DNA of 64,000 bases from a virus (taxonomy: Duplodnaviria > Caudoviricetes): IMG/VR virus record IMGVR_UViG_3300012984_000010; one strand, written 5' to 3'. Below, piece by piece: positions 9,275 to 19,529 of this stretch. Every line of letters starts with the position of its first letter. The stretch's first letter is position 1. The notes below the pieces were generated by a model. That model did not search any database, was not told where the DNA came from, and worked only from the letters and a program-made list of their open reading frames with translations. The translations under genes were made by a program, and so were the position numbers.

Positions 9275-10509
9275 GAGGCCTCCTTGTGTAGGTGTTGCCC
9301 GCTAATTGGTTGTGTGCACGTCGGACAGACGCCCAAAGCTTCCAGATCCAGAACGATGCTTTCCTCAAGCTTGACGGCGGATGCCAAGTCCTTCTGGACG
9401 GACAGAAAGCTCGCTTCGGTGTTCAGCACTTTGCTGATGAAGGAATTTACCTTCCGTAAGGCGTTCAACTTCGCTTCAAAGAGTGCGGGGTCTTCAGCGT
9501 TCGGCACAGCACCCCAACCAGCCCAACCATCCAGAGTAACCTCCAAGCCGTGCAGTCTGGCCTGCAACGTCTTGATCTCCAACAGCTGCTGGTAGGTCTG
9601 CCTGATACGGGTGTCGTCAGGCAGCTCGATCTTGGAGATTCCGGTCAGGTTGCGTATTTTGGGAGCAATCTCCGACACTCTAGAGTAGAAACCGTCCAAG
9701 TCCGAGTGCTTGTCAGAAGTCTCCCTCAATGCTTCGTGATCAGGCAGGGAGGGTGCAACTGCAGTCGTCAACGTACCGATTGCTTGGGTCAGGCTCACGG
9801 CCTTTGTCATGAAGGAGCTGAGACGTTCGATAGATTCCTGGGACTTCTTCACGTTAGCCAGACGCTCTCGTAGGCCATTAGCAGTAGAGACCACCCCATC
9901 TAGACCGATGTAGATGTCTCCAATCTTTTCCAGAGTCTCAACGTCTTGGGCACGCACCTTACGAGTGGCGACGTCTTCTTTTCGGTCTTTGACCGCCATC
10001 GCCATCGCGACATTGACCTTCTCCAATTGAGCCACGTCGCTCAGAACATCAGCCACCACCGTGCCGGCTTTGTTGAGCAGAAAGATTGGCTCGAACTGAT
10101 CGGGGATCTGAATCAGTTCTTTACCTTCTCCTACCTTTACCTGATCGAACATACCGTCAAGGAACGGAGGGGTGCCGCGTTCCAGACCTTCGTAGATCTG
10201 AGAGGAGCTCCCTTGGACAACAATGTACCGGTTGACGGCATCACCCTTTTCCCAAGTCAATTCAAGAGCAGAGGTCTTGATGCGAACTCGGGAAAAGCAT
10301 TTACATTTCTTGGTGCCACGGATCGCCCTATCGCAGGACGATCCGTGACGGACGAAGTCAGTTCCGACGGCACCTGTGAGAGCCATTTGAACAGCCCTCA
10401 CAAGCGCACTTTTCCCAATATTCGAACGACCCACGATGGCCGAGAATCGATCGATCGCCACAGACGTGTGACGAATAGATTGGAAATCGGTGACTTCTAT
10501 TTCAATCAT
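9271..10509 (-). CDS. SbcC/Rad50-like ABC ATPase, N-terminal half ending in a Zn hook
   Basis: IEVTDFQSI, Walker A GRSNIGKSA, Q-loop QIPDQF, coiled coil, terminal CPTC. Confidence 0.86.
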   Translation of the reverse strand: MIEIEVTDFQSIRHTSVAIDRFSAIVGRSNIGKSALVRAVQMALTGAVGTDFVRHGSSCDRAIRGTKKCKCFSRVRIKTSALELTWEKGDAVNRYIVVQGSSSQIYEGLERGTPPFLDGMFDQVKVGEGKELIQIPDQFEPIFLLNKAGTVVADVLSDVAQLEKVNVAMAMAVKDRKEDVATRKVRAQDVETLEKIGDIYIGLDGVVSTANGLRERLANVKKSQESIERLSSFMTKAVSLTQAIGTLTTAVAPSLPDHEALRETSDKHSDLDGFYSRVSEIAPKIRNLTGISKIELPDDTRIRQTYQQLLEIKTLQARLHGLEVTLDGWAGWGAVPNAEDPALFEAKLNALRKVNSFISKVLNTEASFLSVQKDLASAVKLEESIVLDLEALGVCPTCTQPISGQHLHKEAS

Positions 10510-11816
10510 TCGGCAGCTTCGTCGTCCTGACTGTCGTCAGAATCGCTTTCGATCACTTCTTCCACCACAGGGGTGTCCGATACGGAGTCGTCGCTCAAGT
10601 CGTTCCCGCCCAGAGCGTCTTCCACAGTGCTGATCATCGACTCCTCATCAGAGATGTCGTCGACAGGCTCGTCATCCTTGACAGCTACCAAGACTTTGCG
10701 CTTGATTTCCTCAAAGATACCGTGGTTCTTGCACAGATAGTCGCGGAACTTCTCCTTGGAACGTTCCTCATGTTCTCCGTACGATAGAGTGGAACCGCTC
10801 TTCTTGATGATCCTATTGGCTACTCCAGACTCAATCAGGCTGTAGTAGTTGTCGATGCCTTGACCGTACCTGATGAACAGGTCTGTGGTGTGGCCGGCCG
10901 TGCTATCGAGGCGGGTCTTGATGATTTTGGCTTGGGTGTGTTGACCGAAAGGTGAGCGCTTCTTCTTACCAGTGTGACGGTCGGTCACCTCCTTCACCTC
11001 ACTTCGAATCTTGGTGAATTGGATACGAAGGTGGGCAAAGTACTTGAAGGCTTTGCCGCCCGCCGTATTGTGGTCACCAGATGCCTTGGCGGTCGTACTG
11101 ATGACGGCACGATTCTGGTTGATGAACACGAGAGCGGTGCCCTTCGGATTCTTGGACACGTTGGGGTCGTTCAGCCACGTTGCAATCTTGGGCAGGACTT
11201 GGCTCAGAGCTCTTGCCTGAGCACCAATCCTCGCCGGATCGTCGAAGCCCTTTTCCAGCTCTTCTTTCGGAACCATCGCCGCCACCGAGTCAGCGACGAT
11301 CAGGTCTACCTTGGCCTGGAGTCCGATCAGAATCATCTTCCAACCCTCTTCCATGGTGTCAGGTTGGAACAACAGCAGCTTGTCGGGATCGAACGATACC
11401 CCGATTGAACGAGCGTACTTCTGTGAGAGGGCCTTTTCGAAGTCCAGGAACATCGCCAGGCCGCCCTGACGTTGGACCTCTGCTACTGCTTCCAAAGCCG
11501 CAGTCGTCTTGCCTGAGGCTTCCGCCCCAAACAACTCAGTGTAGCAACGACGGGGGTATCCAGGGCAAATGGGCGATTTCCCATCTTCCGCCATGGTGCC
11601 ACCAATCAGGTGGTCGAGAAGGAACGATCCCGAACTCACGAACGGGCGACTCCCTCTGTCCTCGCCTACTATTTTCTTGCCAGTAACTTTGAGTACGGCC
11701 GCTCTAGCAGCGGCGGCATTCTTTGCCGAGTCCTCGCTAGCCTTGGAGCTGGCTTTTGGCGTTACTTTAGTATCTTGACCTTCAGGACCTTCTGGTGGTT
11801 TCTTTCGAACAGCCAT
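10506..11816 (-). CDS. recA: RecA recombinase with acidic tail
   Basis: ELFGAEASGKTT, FLDFEKAL, DSVAAMVPK.E, QAR..SQ, FINQ, GGKAFKY. Confidence 0.97.
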   Translation of the reverse strand: MAVRKKPPEGPEGQDTKVTPKASSKASEDSAKNAAAARAAVLKVTGKKIVGEDRGSRPFVSSGSFLLDHLIGGTMAEDGKSPICPGYPRRCYTELFGAEASGKTTAALEAVAEVQRQGGLAMFLDFEKALSQKYARSIGVSFDPDKLLLFQPDTMEEGWKMILIGLQAKVDLIVADSVAAMVPKEELEKGFDDPARIGAQARALSQVLPKIATWLNDPNVSKNPKGTALVFINQNRAVISTTAKASGDHNTAGGKAFKYFAHLRIQFTKIRSEVKEVTDRHTGKKKRSPFGQHTQAKIIKTRLDSTAGHTTDLFIRYGQGIDNYYSLIESGVANRIIKKSGSTLSYGEHEERSKEKFRDYLCKNHGIFEEIKRKVLVAVKDDEPVDDISDEESMISTVEDALGGNDLSDDSVSDTPVVEEVIESDSDDSQDDEAAE

Positions 11817-12481
11817 TTGATTAGTTCCTCTTCTTCAGGGGTGATTGGTATGTTGGAGAACCGGAAGAACCTGTCGTCTTCTCGGAAGATCAGTCCTGCC
11901 TTGACTGTCCGACCCGCTTTCGCACCCTTTTGGTAGGTGTGCACTCTTGCGAATGAGTGCTTCTCTGATGGGGTCAGATCTTCTTCTGTGATGATCTTGG
12001 ATTCCAGCTTCCAGAAGCGGGCAGCTGACCTGGCCAGCAGGTATGCATCCGCTTCATTGTGGTTCCACTTTTTGAATTGAGTGTCGGCTCTGGCAGCCTC
12101 CAGCATGTCCGACTTGTCCATTGTGCCGCGACGGACCTTTGGGTCCTGTTTGGCCAACATCTTTAGGGACAAGGGATCGAAGTAGACTACATCCTTCCGA
12201 CACAGATAAAGGGCTTCATTGACGTACAGGAATAGGCCGTACAACCCTTCTGAAAACGACTCACCAAATGGCGGGGACTCTACCCCAACAGCTTCAATTG
12301 GGTATCGAAGTATCAGACTGATCAATTCATCCCGAATCGCCACGTAACGTTCTATGAACAGAGCGTTGGCGTCAGTGATGAACTGACCTTTGGCCAAGAC
12401 TCGGCCGGGCCCCACAACATCAGAGTTATGAACTGCCCAGCCGAATCCGGTCAACGACGGGTCAAGACCTAGAGTGATCAT
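11762..12481 (-). CDS. RuvC-like Holliday junction resolvase
   Basis: LGLDPSLTGFGWAV, VGVESP, K..M, NEADAY.LA. Confidence 0.7.
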   Translation of the reverse strand: MITLGLDPSLTGFGWAVHNSDVVGPGRVLAKGQFITDANALFIERYVAIRDELISLILRYPIEAVGVESPPFGESFSEGLYGLFLYVNEALYLCRKDVVYFDPLSLKMLAKQDPKVRRGTMDKSDMLEAARADTQFKKWNHNEADAYLLARSAARFWKLESKIITEEDLTPSEKHSFARVHTYQKGAKAGRTVKAGLIFREDDRFFRFSNIPITPEEEELIKWLFERNHQKVLKVKILK

Positions 12482-12505
12482 GCGGGGGTCGGACCCCCTC
12501 CCTGA

Positions 12506-13348
12506 TCAAACCTGATCCATCAAATTCCCGAAATCTCCGTCCATGGAGGTGTCGACGCCACCCCCATCAGAGATCCCGAGTTTGAGCTTCAGGTCGGCCG
12601 TGCTGAGTTCACGGAAGGGCACCAGTTTTTCGTAGATCGGGAAGGCCTTCTCCAGAACCCTGGATTGGATCTTCTCGTTACGCCAAATGGCCTTGCCTGC
12701 CCCGTCAATATCGAAGTTCTGATACTCCGTATTGGTGCACTTCAGACTGAGGTCTTGCATGCAGATGTTGAGGTCATTCGACCGCAAGCTCTCTGCTACC
12801 TCATGTAGGCGACGAAACACCTTGTTGCTGAAGCGCCAGGGAACGACAGTCCAATTGGTGGCCAGTTGCTCCTTGATCGGCTCGCCTTCACGAGTGGTGG
12901 GGTAGACGATCAGGCAAGTGGTGAAGTAGGTCTTCACGTCGCCCAAGCTCTTCCACACCTGATCCGCCTCGGAACCGTCCTTACCCAGGCGAGAGACGAC
13001 ATAGCCGACTCCCTCCTTGTAGTGTGCCTCTATTTTCTTGAAGCGCACATTGGTGAGGTCCAGCTTGTCCGACTCGGTTAGTTGATCTACCGATTTGCCC
13101 AGCGCCTCTGCCTTTTTGGCAAATTGCGCTTGGACAGCAGCAACTATTTCTTCCTTCGTAGCGGCCGGATTCTTCTTCTTGACTGCTCGAACGACGGCAG
13201 CTTCCAACGGATTGAAGTACACGAGGGAAACACGGTAGGTGCGCCCCTTCTCCCCTTTGAACCAATCTAGTTGATTCGAACGGGCGTGCTTCTTGTCTTC
13301 CGCACCAAGCCCCACATCGTCATCGTAGCTTTCGAGATCTATTTCCAT
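12506..13348 (-). CDS. Putative single-stranded DNA-binding protein
   Basis: Aromatic/basic core, acidic C-terminal tail (DGDFGNLMDQV), location in the recombination operon; no diagnostic motif. Confidence 0.45.
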   Translation of the reverse strand: MEIDLESYDDDVGLGAEDKKHARSNQLDWFKGEKGRTYRVSLVYFNPLEAAVVRAVKKKNPAATKEEIVAAVQAQFAKKAEALGKSVDQLTESDKLDLTNVRFKKIEAHYKEGVGYVVSRLGKDGSEADQVWKSLGDVKTYFTTCLIVYPTTREGEPIKEQLATNWTVVPWRFSNKVFRRLHEVAESLRSNDLNICMQDLSLKCTNTEYQNFDIDGAGKAIWRNEKIQSRVLEKAFPIYEKLVPFRELSTADLKLKLGISDGGGVDTSMDGDFGNLMDQV

Positions 13349-13451
13349 AACGTTTCTTGCTCCTACTGCTGTTAGTAAGGGCCCGCACTACCTACAAATT
13401 AGATTGTTGGGTAGGAGTGTGAGCTCTATATTGGCTACTACACCGGTTGAT

Positions 13452-14231
13452 TTAGAGATTATCGAAAAGGGACGAATAATCTTCGCCTTCAAGGAATTTG
13501 GCGATGGCTGCTTCGTCTGAGTTGGGCTCTGGATCAGCAGACACCACTACTGGTTGTGGCTTAGGAGTCGCGGTCTCCAACACTGGCTGAACGTCCTCTT
13601 CTTCATCAGTAGTCGCCTGTTCGTTGACCGCCGCTGAAGTTACCTCTAACAGGTTGGTCAACTCGTCATCATCAATAGTGAACCCGTTAGGCATTGTGGA
13701 ATGTGTCCCACCTTGAGGAGTTCTGTATTGTGACTTGCGCGAGGTTTCGGTCTCATCTCCGTAGAAAGAGCCAGTTCTGAGTTCCGCATCGATCAGGCCT
13801 TTCTGCATACGAATCGCACTTACGGTGTTCTCCAATTCTTTGTGTCGATGACGAACCGCCTTATCGACGAACCCCAACTCTTTGACTTGGTTCTTCAGCT
13901 TGACGATCTTTGCACGCTCTTCTCGAAGAATCAGGTTGATCATAGCCCTACGATCCTCAATGTTGGGGAGTCGTGTCACCCTGGCATCATCTGCCAACAG
14001 GCTGTCCGAGCTGATCGAATAGGCCGCCTCAGCCGCATCAAGCTCGGTCTCGATGGCGGACTTTTGACGATGCACCTCATGCACCATGAGACTGGTGGTG
14101 TTGAGCATCCCTCTGGTTTTGGAGATCAGATCCTGCAAGTAAGCTGGACCCATCGCCACGGGGTCTCTCGCCAGCTCAACCACTAGTGTGCCTAGTTGAT
14201 CGTAAATCTCCTCGATACGTGCTTGTTTCAT
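13452..14231 (-). CDS. Coiled-coil protein with acidic tail (possible recombination mediator)
   Basis: Start MKQARIEE overlaps the recD2 stop; long helical region; acidic tail ending SSLFDNL. Confidence 0.55.
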   Translation of the reverse strand: MKQARIEEIYDQLGTLVVELARDPVAMGPAYLQDLISKTRGMLNTTSLMVHEVHRQKSAIETELDAAEAAYSISSDSLLADDARVTRLPNIEDRRAMINLILREERAKIVKLKNQVKELGFVDKAVRHRHKELENTVSAIRMQKGLIDAELRTGSFYGDETETSRKSQYRTPQGGTHSTMPNGFTIDDDELTNLLEVTSAAVNEQATTDEEEDVQPVLETATPKPQPVVVSADPEPNSDEAAIAKFLEGEDYSSLFDNL

Positions 14232-16426
14232 TGGTTTTCTCCGACAGGTACACTGACAGCCACCAGGTTGTTGGAGATGGCTTTGGAAAGAATGGTGTTG
14301 CGCCGCACAACCTTGTTGTTCTCGATCGCCTTCTGGACTGCGGTTTCCTCCCCAATCAACCACACTCGTTTCTTGGCTCTAGTGACGGCAGTATAGAGCA
14401 GATTGCGTTGAAGCATTCGGCCTTGGGTTTTGACGATCGGCATGATGATGGTGTCGAATTCCGACCCCTGACTCTTGTGGGCTGTAATCGCATAGGCCAA
14501 TCGAAGCTTGATTCCGGCCGTCGCCTCAGGGAAGTTGATGTCCTCCTCCATCTGCGCCCCCAAGCCGTGGATCTTCACCAACAGAGAGTCTCGGTAGACG
14601 TGGCGAAGCTTGCCCACATCACCGTTGTAGACCTTCAGCTTGTAGTCATTCTGAACCACCATGAGGCGATCCCCCTCCCGAAAGCGCTGCTTGCCGTTGG
14701 ACCACTCCTTCGGACCCTCAGGATTGAGAGCATCCCGCAACAACTCGTTGAGATTGTCCACCCCCACCACGCCATCATATTTGGGGGACAGAACTTGGAA
14801 ATTGGCATCTCGGGATTTCAGTTTCACTGCCATTTCCACAATGAGGGCAGCGATCTTGGCTTCATCACTGATGCGGACGAACCGAAATTCAGATTCCTTG
14901 TCCTGAATCGATAGTTCGGGCATCTTCCCAGAGTTGATCTTGTGGGAATTGATCACGATCTCGCCCTGGGCCGCCTGACGGAAGATCTCAGTCAATCTGA
15001 CGTGCGGCATTGCCTTGCAATCGATCAGTTCGCGGAGAACGTTCCCTGGACCAACCGAGGGGAGCTGTGCATCGTCCCCTACGAGAATGATCCTCGTATC
15101 CGATCGGAGGGCACTAAGTAGGCGGTACAGCAGCTCCTGGTCCACCATACTGGCTTCATCCAAAATGACCGCTTCTGTGATGAAATGGTTGTTCTCATTA
15201 TGCCCCCAATTGATCCCGTCGAACCGGAGCGCTCGATGAACCGTATGGGCCTCATGCCCCGTAACCGACGCTAGGCGCTTGGCTGCGATGCCGGTAGGGG
15301 CCATGAGTCTAAAGCTGATCTTGGCGTCCTCCAATAGCCTCACAAGGGCTCGAAGGACGGTTGTTTTACCCGTACCAGGCAGGCCTGTAATGGCCAGGGC
15401 CCGATTCTGGGTCAACAGCTCAACTGCCGTCCTCTGGGCGTCCGAGAGCCGAAGCTTATGGGACCGTTCGTATTCCTGGATGAAGGTAGTAGTGTCGACC
15501 TGCAGGACGGGAGAGGGGTTCAGTCGGGAGGCAATGTAGGCAGCGCTCTTCCGTTCAAAGTCGAATAGTTGAGGCAAGTATAGCCCAGACTCCACATCCA
15601 GCATGGCCGACTTCTGCTTGACCAACTGAACCACTGCCGCGTCATAAGCTTTGGCGGGCTCGGCCAGAGACAGGATGAGGTTGTCCTTCTGAGCCAGTTC
15701 GGAGATGTGCTGCCCCAACTCCCCTCTCCGAAGATAGAGGTGTCCCTGTTTGGATGCTTCCTGAAGGGCCCAAAGCACCATCCCCTGTATGCGTCTAGGA
15801 TCGTTGTGCTTGCAACCCAGATGAATAGCCAGACGATCGATCTTGGAGAAAGAGAACCCCAAGATCTCCATCAGTCGGTAGGGATTGTCCGCAATGATCT
15901 GTGGGGCTTCCGATCCAAAGCGGATCAAGGCAGCCTGTACCTCCATCGCCCCCAACCCGCCTTCCCGTAACAGTACCGACAAGTCTCTGGTAGCTATGAC
16001 GGTGCCCCAGCTCAATACCGCCTTTGCCAAAGCCTCCTTTGAGACTTTCGGATATTTAGTACCTAGGACAACATCTGGCAGTTTGGTCAACTGTTCGAAG
16101 GTGTCTAGCCCGTGAGCATTGACCAGGGCATCCACCAAGGTCAAGTCAGAGAACTCCTTCACACACACGTTCAGGAATTCGACCACCTCTTTAGGTGAAC
16201 TGGCCCACGGCTCCCAAGTCTGAATCAGGAATTCTTTCCCGTACTTCTGGGCGAACTGCCACTTACCCAACAACTTGATCGATATCCCTGGTTTGACCTG
16301 CAACAGCCCATACAGGTTTCCCTTGACTTTGACGTTTCGATGCCCCTCAGCATCAAAGTTGAGGATATAGTACCCATCCTGAGTGTAAACAATCGAATAC
16401 ACTCGTCCAACCAGGATGTCGTTCAT
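14228..16426 (-). CDS. recD2: RecD2-like SF1B helicase
   Basis: HhH N-region (NPYRLM..GF.F..ID), GLPGTGKTT, LDEASMVD, VGDDAQLPSVGPG, FRQ, AYAITAHKSQGSEF, LLYTAVTRAK. Confidence 0.93.
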   Translation of the reverse strand: MNDILVGRVYSIVYTQDGYYILNFDAEGHRNVKVKGNLYGLLQVKPGISIKLLGKWQFAQKYGKEFLIQTWEPWASSPKEVVEFLNVCVKEFSDLTLVDALVNAHGLDTFEQLTKLPDVVLGTKYPKVSKEALAKAVLSWGTVIATRDLSVLLREGGLGAMEVQAALIRFGSEAPQIIADNPYRLMEILGFSFSKIDRLAIHLGCKHNDPRRIQGMVLWALQEASKQGHLYLRRGELGQHISELAQKDNLILSLAEPAKAYDAAVVQLVKQKSAMLDVESGLYLPQLFDFERKSAAYIASRLNPSPVLQVDTTTFIQEYERSHKLRLSDAQRTAVELLTQNRALAITGLPGTGKTTVLRALVRLLEDAKISFRLMAPTGIAAKRLASVTGHEAHTVHRALRFDGINWGHNENNHFITEAVILDEASMVDQELLYRLLSALRSDTRIILVGDDAQLPSVGPGNVLRELIDCKAMPHVRLTEIFRQAAQGEIVINSHKINSGKMPELSIQDKESEFRFVRISDEAKIAALIVEMAVKLKSRDANFQVLSPKYDGVVGVDNLNELLRDALNPEGPKEWSNGKQRFREGDRLMVVQNDYKLKVYNGDVGKLRHVYRDSLLVKIHGLGAQMEEDINFPEATAGIKLRLAYAITAHKSQGSEFDTIIMPIVKTQGRMLQRNLLYTAVTRAKKRVWLIGEETAVQKAIENNKVVRRNTILSKAISNNLVAVSVPVGENQ

Positions 16427-17295
16427 ACCGCCCCAGGCTTCTGCATGTCCCACTCACCAGGGATTTCCTTCCGGTGTTGGACCCACCCTCGGAAGTTGCC
16501 AAGGAACGGGACCTTCCCTTTGCCAATCTCACACTGCCGTGTGTAGTCCCACTTTTCATCTCCCGTCATCGGGCGGGCCGAGTGCTCGAACGGACTCATG
16601 TGACCCCCAGACAAGAGGCGGTTGTACAGCGTGTAGTCCGCCTCTGGGTCTCGGATCCCATCTTGGGTCAGATAGCTGACCCTAGCACAACGGGCAGTAG
16701 ACAGCTTGACCAGTTGATTAAGTGTTAGTTCTCCGAACTCCTCAGGGCGAATGTACGGCAGATGCCACTCACCAGGACCCAACACCTTGGGAGTGCTTCC
16801 TTGGTAGTCATCTTCCATCATGCCGGCGATTCGATCGATCTCCGGCTGAGCCATGAGATTGTGCCGGAGATGGAAGTAATTGTCCCATTCAGTCGCGGTG
16901 CAAACGACAGTGTGCCACATGAACGGCTCCAACAAGCGGTTCGTGATTTGCTTGTGGACGCCTATTTTGAGCAGCATTCCGACATGCTTGACGGCACTGT
17001 CTCGGGCTAGGAGCCATTCCTCTACGGCCAAAGCCTGCTCCTCTGGAGACAGCTCCTCCATGGCCTGCATGCCGCTTTGATTCTTCCCCCAATGGATAGG
17101 AATGAAGGGATCGTTCAGAACCTTTGCTAGTTGCTTCTCAATCGGGATGGCTCGACTAGAGGCCGAGTTCCTGGAGAACACTCGATGAGTGTTAAACTCC
17201 GCCAACACCATTCTTGGGAAGGTTATTTCGAACGTTGTGAGGCGAATGTTCTCAATACTGCACAGGGAATCTGCAATTATTTTACAAGCGTACAT
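16423..17295 (-). CDS. thyX: Flavin-dependent thymidylate synthase-like
   Basis: AEFNTHRVFSRNSASSRAIP; H.SPFEH. Confidence 0.8.
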   Translation of the reverse strand: MYACKIIADSLCSIENIRLTTFEITFPRMVLAEFNTHRVFSRNSASSRAIPIEKQLAKVLNDPFIPIHWGKNQSGMQAMEELSPEEQALAVEEWLLARDSAVKHVGMLLKIGVHKQITNRLLEPFMWHTVVCTATEWDNYFHLRHNLMAQPEIDRIAGMMEDDYQGSTPKVLGPGEWHLPYIRPEEFGELTLNQLVKLSTARCARVSYLTQDGIRDPEADYTLYNRLLSGGHMSPFEHSARPMTGDEKWDYTRQCEIGKGKVPFLGNFRGWVQHRKEIPGEWDMQKPGAV

Positions 17296-17305
17296 AGGTT
17301 CCTTT

Positions 17306-19219
17306 TCACACTCCACACATAGACACAAAGGCCTCTTCCGAGATACACGTAGTTCCGTTCTTTCTGGCCGCCTCAGCCTTCGAGGAAGTGGAGGCTGGGT
17401 CGGCCAGAACCAGATAGGTCAGACCCTTGCCGACCGAATTCTTGACCATACCGCCAGCAGCTTCCGCCATCTGCTCAAGCTCAGCTCGTTTTCTTGTGGA
17501 CTTGCCCGTGAAGCACACCGACTTGCCTGTCAGGGCTCCTTGAGCTCTAGCGGCAATCTTGACCCCCGTAGACAGAATGTCGTCGACAAGAGTCCGATGG
17601 TGCCTCATCCAAAGGGCCAATGCTTCTGCCCGCTTCGGACCCATACCTGGAATGATCTGGAGTTGGTCTATCGAAGCTTTGGCAATCTTGTCCACCGAGT
17701 CCAAGCCGGCGTCTACCAAAAGGCGGATGGTAGACGTGGCACACAAGGGGATGCTGAGCCCGCCCAACAGCTTCTCCAACGGCATCTCTGCCGCTCCCCA
17801 GAGCGTCTTTAGGACATTGGCAGCCGACTTGTCACCCATCCGGTCCAAGGCGGCCACTTGCTCTTGTTTAAGCCTGTAGAGGTCCGCCACGCTAGAGACA
17901 TGGCCGGCGTCTACCAATTTCTGGATCACAGATTCACCCCATTCAAGGATCCCCAGCTCTGCCACCCATTGTTTGATGCGACCAACCACTTGGGCCGGAC
18001 AGCCGGACACATTGGAACAGATGATGTACTCACCATCTCTGGCCGTTGGGTCAGAGCATACAGGACATTGGGTCGGGGGTTTGGCGACCGTTCCCGTAGA
18101 AGCTACGATTTGATGAACACGAGGGATCACATCATTGGCTCGAATGACCAAGACCTTGGAGCCAATGTCGACCCCCAAGTCTTCAATGTACTTCAAGTTG
18201 TACAGACTTGCTCTGGAGGTCTCAGCTCCAATGAGATTGACGGTATCGAAGACCGCCACAGGGGTGATACGCCCAATGCTGCCAACCTGCCAAATGATGT
18301 CCCGAATCGTGGTCTCCTTGGCAATGGGAGTGAATTTGTAAGCCACAGCCCCCTGAGGGCAACCGTTCGTCTCCCCTAGCGAATACTGGTAGGGCAGGTC
18401 GTTCAAACGGACAACCAAACCATCAATCTCGTAATCCAAAGAGTCTCTGAACCCTGCCTGATAGCGGGCCCATTCCGCATTGATGGCAGCCGCATCAAGC
18501 ACAACCGAGAAGTTGGGTATAGTGAAGCCCAATTGAGCCATATGTAGGAATTGCTCGTATTCTGTCTTGGAATCGTAGCCTTCTTGGATCTGGTAAGTGA
18601 CCACCGTTAGGTGCTCACAACCCTTACCGTCAGAGCGCTTGGAAACCCCTGAGGCCATGTTCCGGGGGTTGGCGTGACCTGGGAAGTGTTCAAGGAAGTC
18701 CGCCTTGAACATGATGATCTCGCCTCTAAAAGTGGCGTTCAGATCAGTTGGTAGCGCCGTTGGCAGACCCTTCATCCGCAAGACGTTCGGAGTGATGTTT
18801 TCCCCCGTTACCCCGTCTCCTCTGGTCGAGGCCTGGACCAACAGGCCTTTTTCGTAACGAAGATTGATCGAGATCCCGTCGAGCTTCTCTGTGATCAGAT
18901 ACCCCTCAAGAGAAGTACGGGACAGCTTCGCCACCCACTCGGTCAACTGCTCTGGGATCTGGACCTTATCTAGGGAACCCATCAAGGTAGAATGGCGGAC
19001 TTTTGGCCATTCTGAGGAATCCGATACCGGAGCTCCGATACCGAAGACTTCCTTACTGGTTTCGGCGAACTCCTTGGAGAGTTCTACAGCCTCATCCCGC
19101 CAAGCATCGAATACTTCATCCGATACTGTGGGGGTTCCGTTGATGTAGTCGATTCGAGCTTGGGCGAGTTTTTTCGTTAGCTCGCCCAAGCGGCCTAGTT
19201 TACTGTTGGTATCCACCAA
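17306..19219 (-). CDS. ligA: NAD-dependent DNA ligase
   Basis: EKLDG, TRGDG, RGE, NPRN, DGLVV, Zn finger CPVC..C..C, HhH, BRCT. Confidence 0.97.
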   Translation of the reverse strand: MVDTNSKLGRLGELTKKLAQARIDYINGTPTVSDEVFDAWRDEAVELSKEFAETSKEVFGIGAPVSDSSEWPKVRHSTLMGSLDKVQIPEQLTEWVAKLSRTSLEGYLITEKLDGISINLRYEKGLLVQASTRGDGVTGENITPNVLRMKGLPTALPTDLNATFRGEIIMFKADFLEHFPGHANPRNMASGVSKRSDGKGCEHLTVVTYQIQEGYDSKTEYEQFLHMAQLGFTIPNFSVVLDAAAINAEWARYQAGFRDSLDYEIDGLVVRLNDLPYQYSLGETNGCPQGAVAYKFTPIAKETTIRDIIWQVGSIGRITPVAVFDTVNLIGAETSRASLYNLKYIEDLGVDIGSKVLVIRANDVIPRVHQIVASTGTVAKPPTQCPVCSDPTARDGEYIICSNVSGCPAQVVGRIKQWVAELGILEWGESVIQKLVDAGHVSSVADLYRLKQEQVAALDRMGDKSAANVLKTLWGAAEMPLEKLLGGLSIPLCATSTIRLLVDAGLDSVDKIAKASIDQLQIIPGMGPKRAEALALWMRHHRTLVDDILSTGVKIAARAQGALTGKSVCFTGKSTRKRAELEQMAEAAGGMVKNSVGKGLTYLVLADPASTSSKAEAARKNGTTCISEEAFVSMCGV

Positions 19220-19240
19220 CAGTCTTACACCGAAGCAGGG

Positions 19241-19525
19241 CTATTTACGTACGATATTGAAGGGCACAGTGGGTAGTTGTTCGGGCGTGATACCGAATAC
19301 CTGGCCCCCTCCAGCGTCCTCAACCATCTTGGCCAATTCGGCCAGTGTCTCAAACGAAGCCAGTGTCAGTCGAACCTCTTGCCCAACGTATTGTTCAAGT
19401 AGCTCCTGAAGGTCAGTCGTGTGAGCTTTACCGTCAACTCCTACAGAGATAACCTGCAGGCGTTCCGTCATAGGGTTCAATTCCACCACACCTTCAAGGA
19501 TGTGGCCCATAGCATTGGGGCTCAT
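19241..19525 (-). CDS. Hypothetical protein
   Basis: ORF between nrdA and ligA; Met overlapping the end of nrdA taken as start. Confidence 0.55.
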   Translation of the reverse strand: MSPNAMGHILEGVVELNPMTERLQVISVGVDGKAHTTDLQELLEQYVGQEVRLTLASFETLAELAKMVEDAGGGQVFGITPEQLPTVPFNIVRK

Positions 19526-19529
19526 TGGA

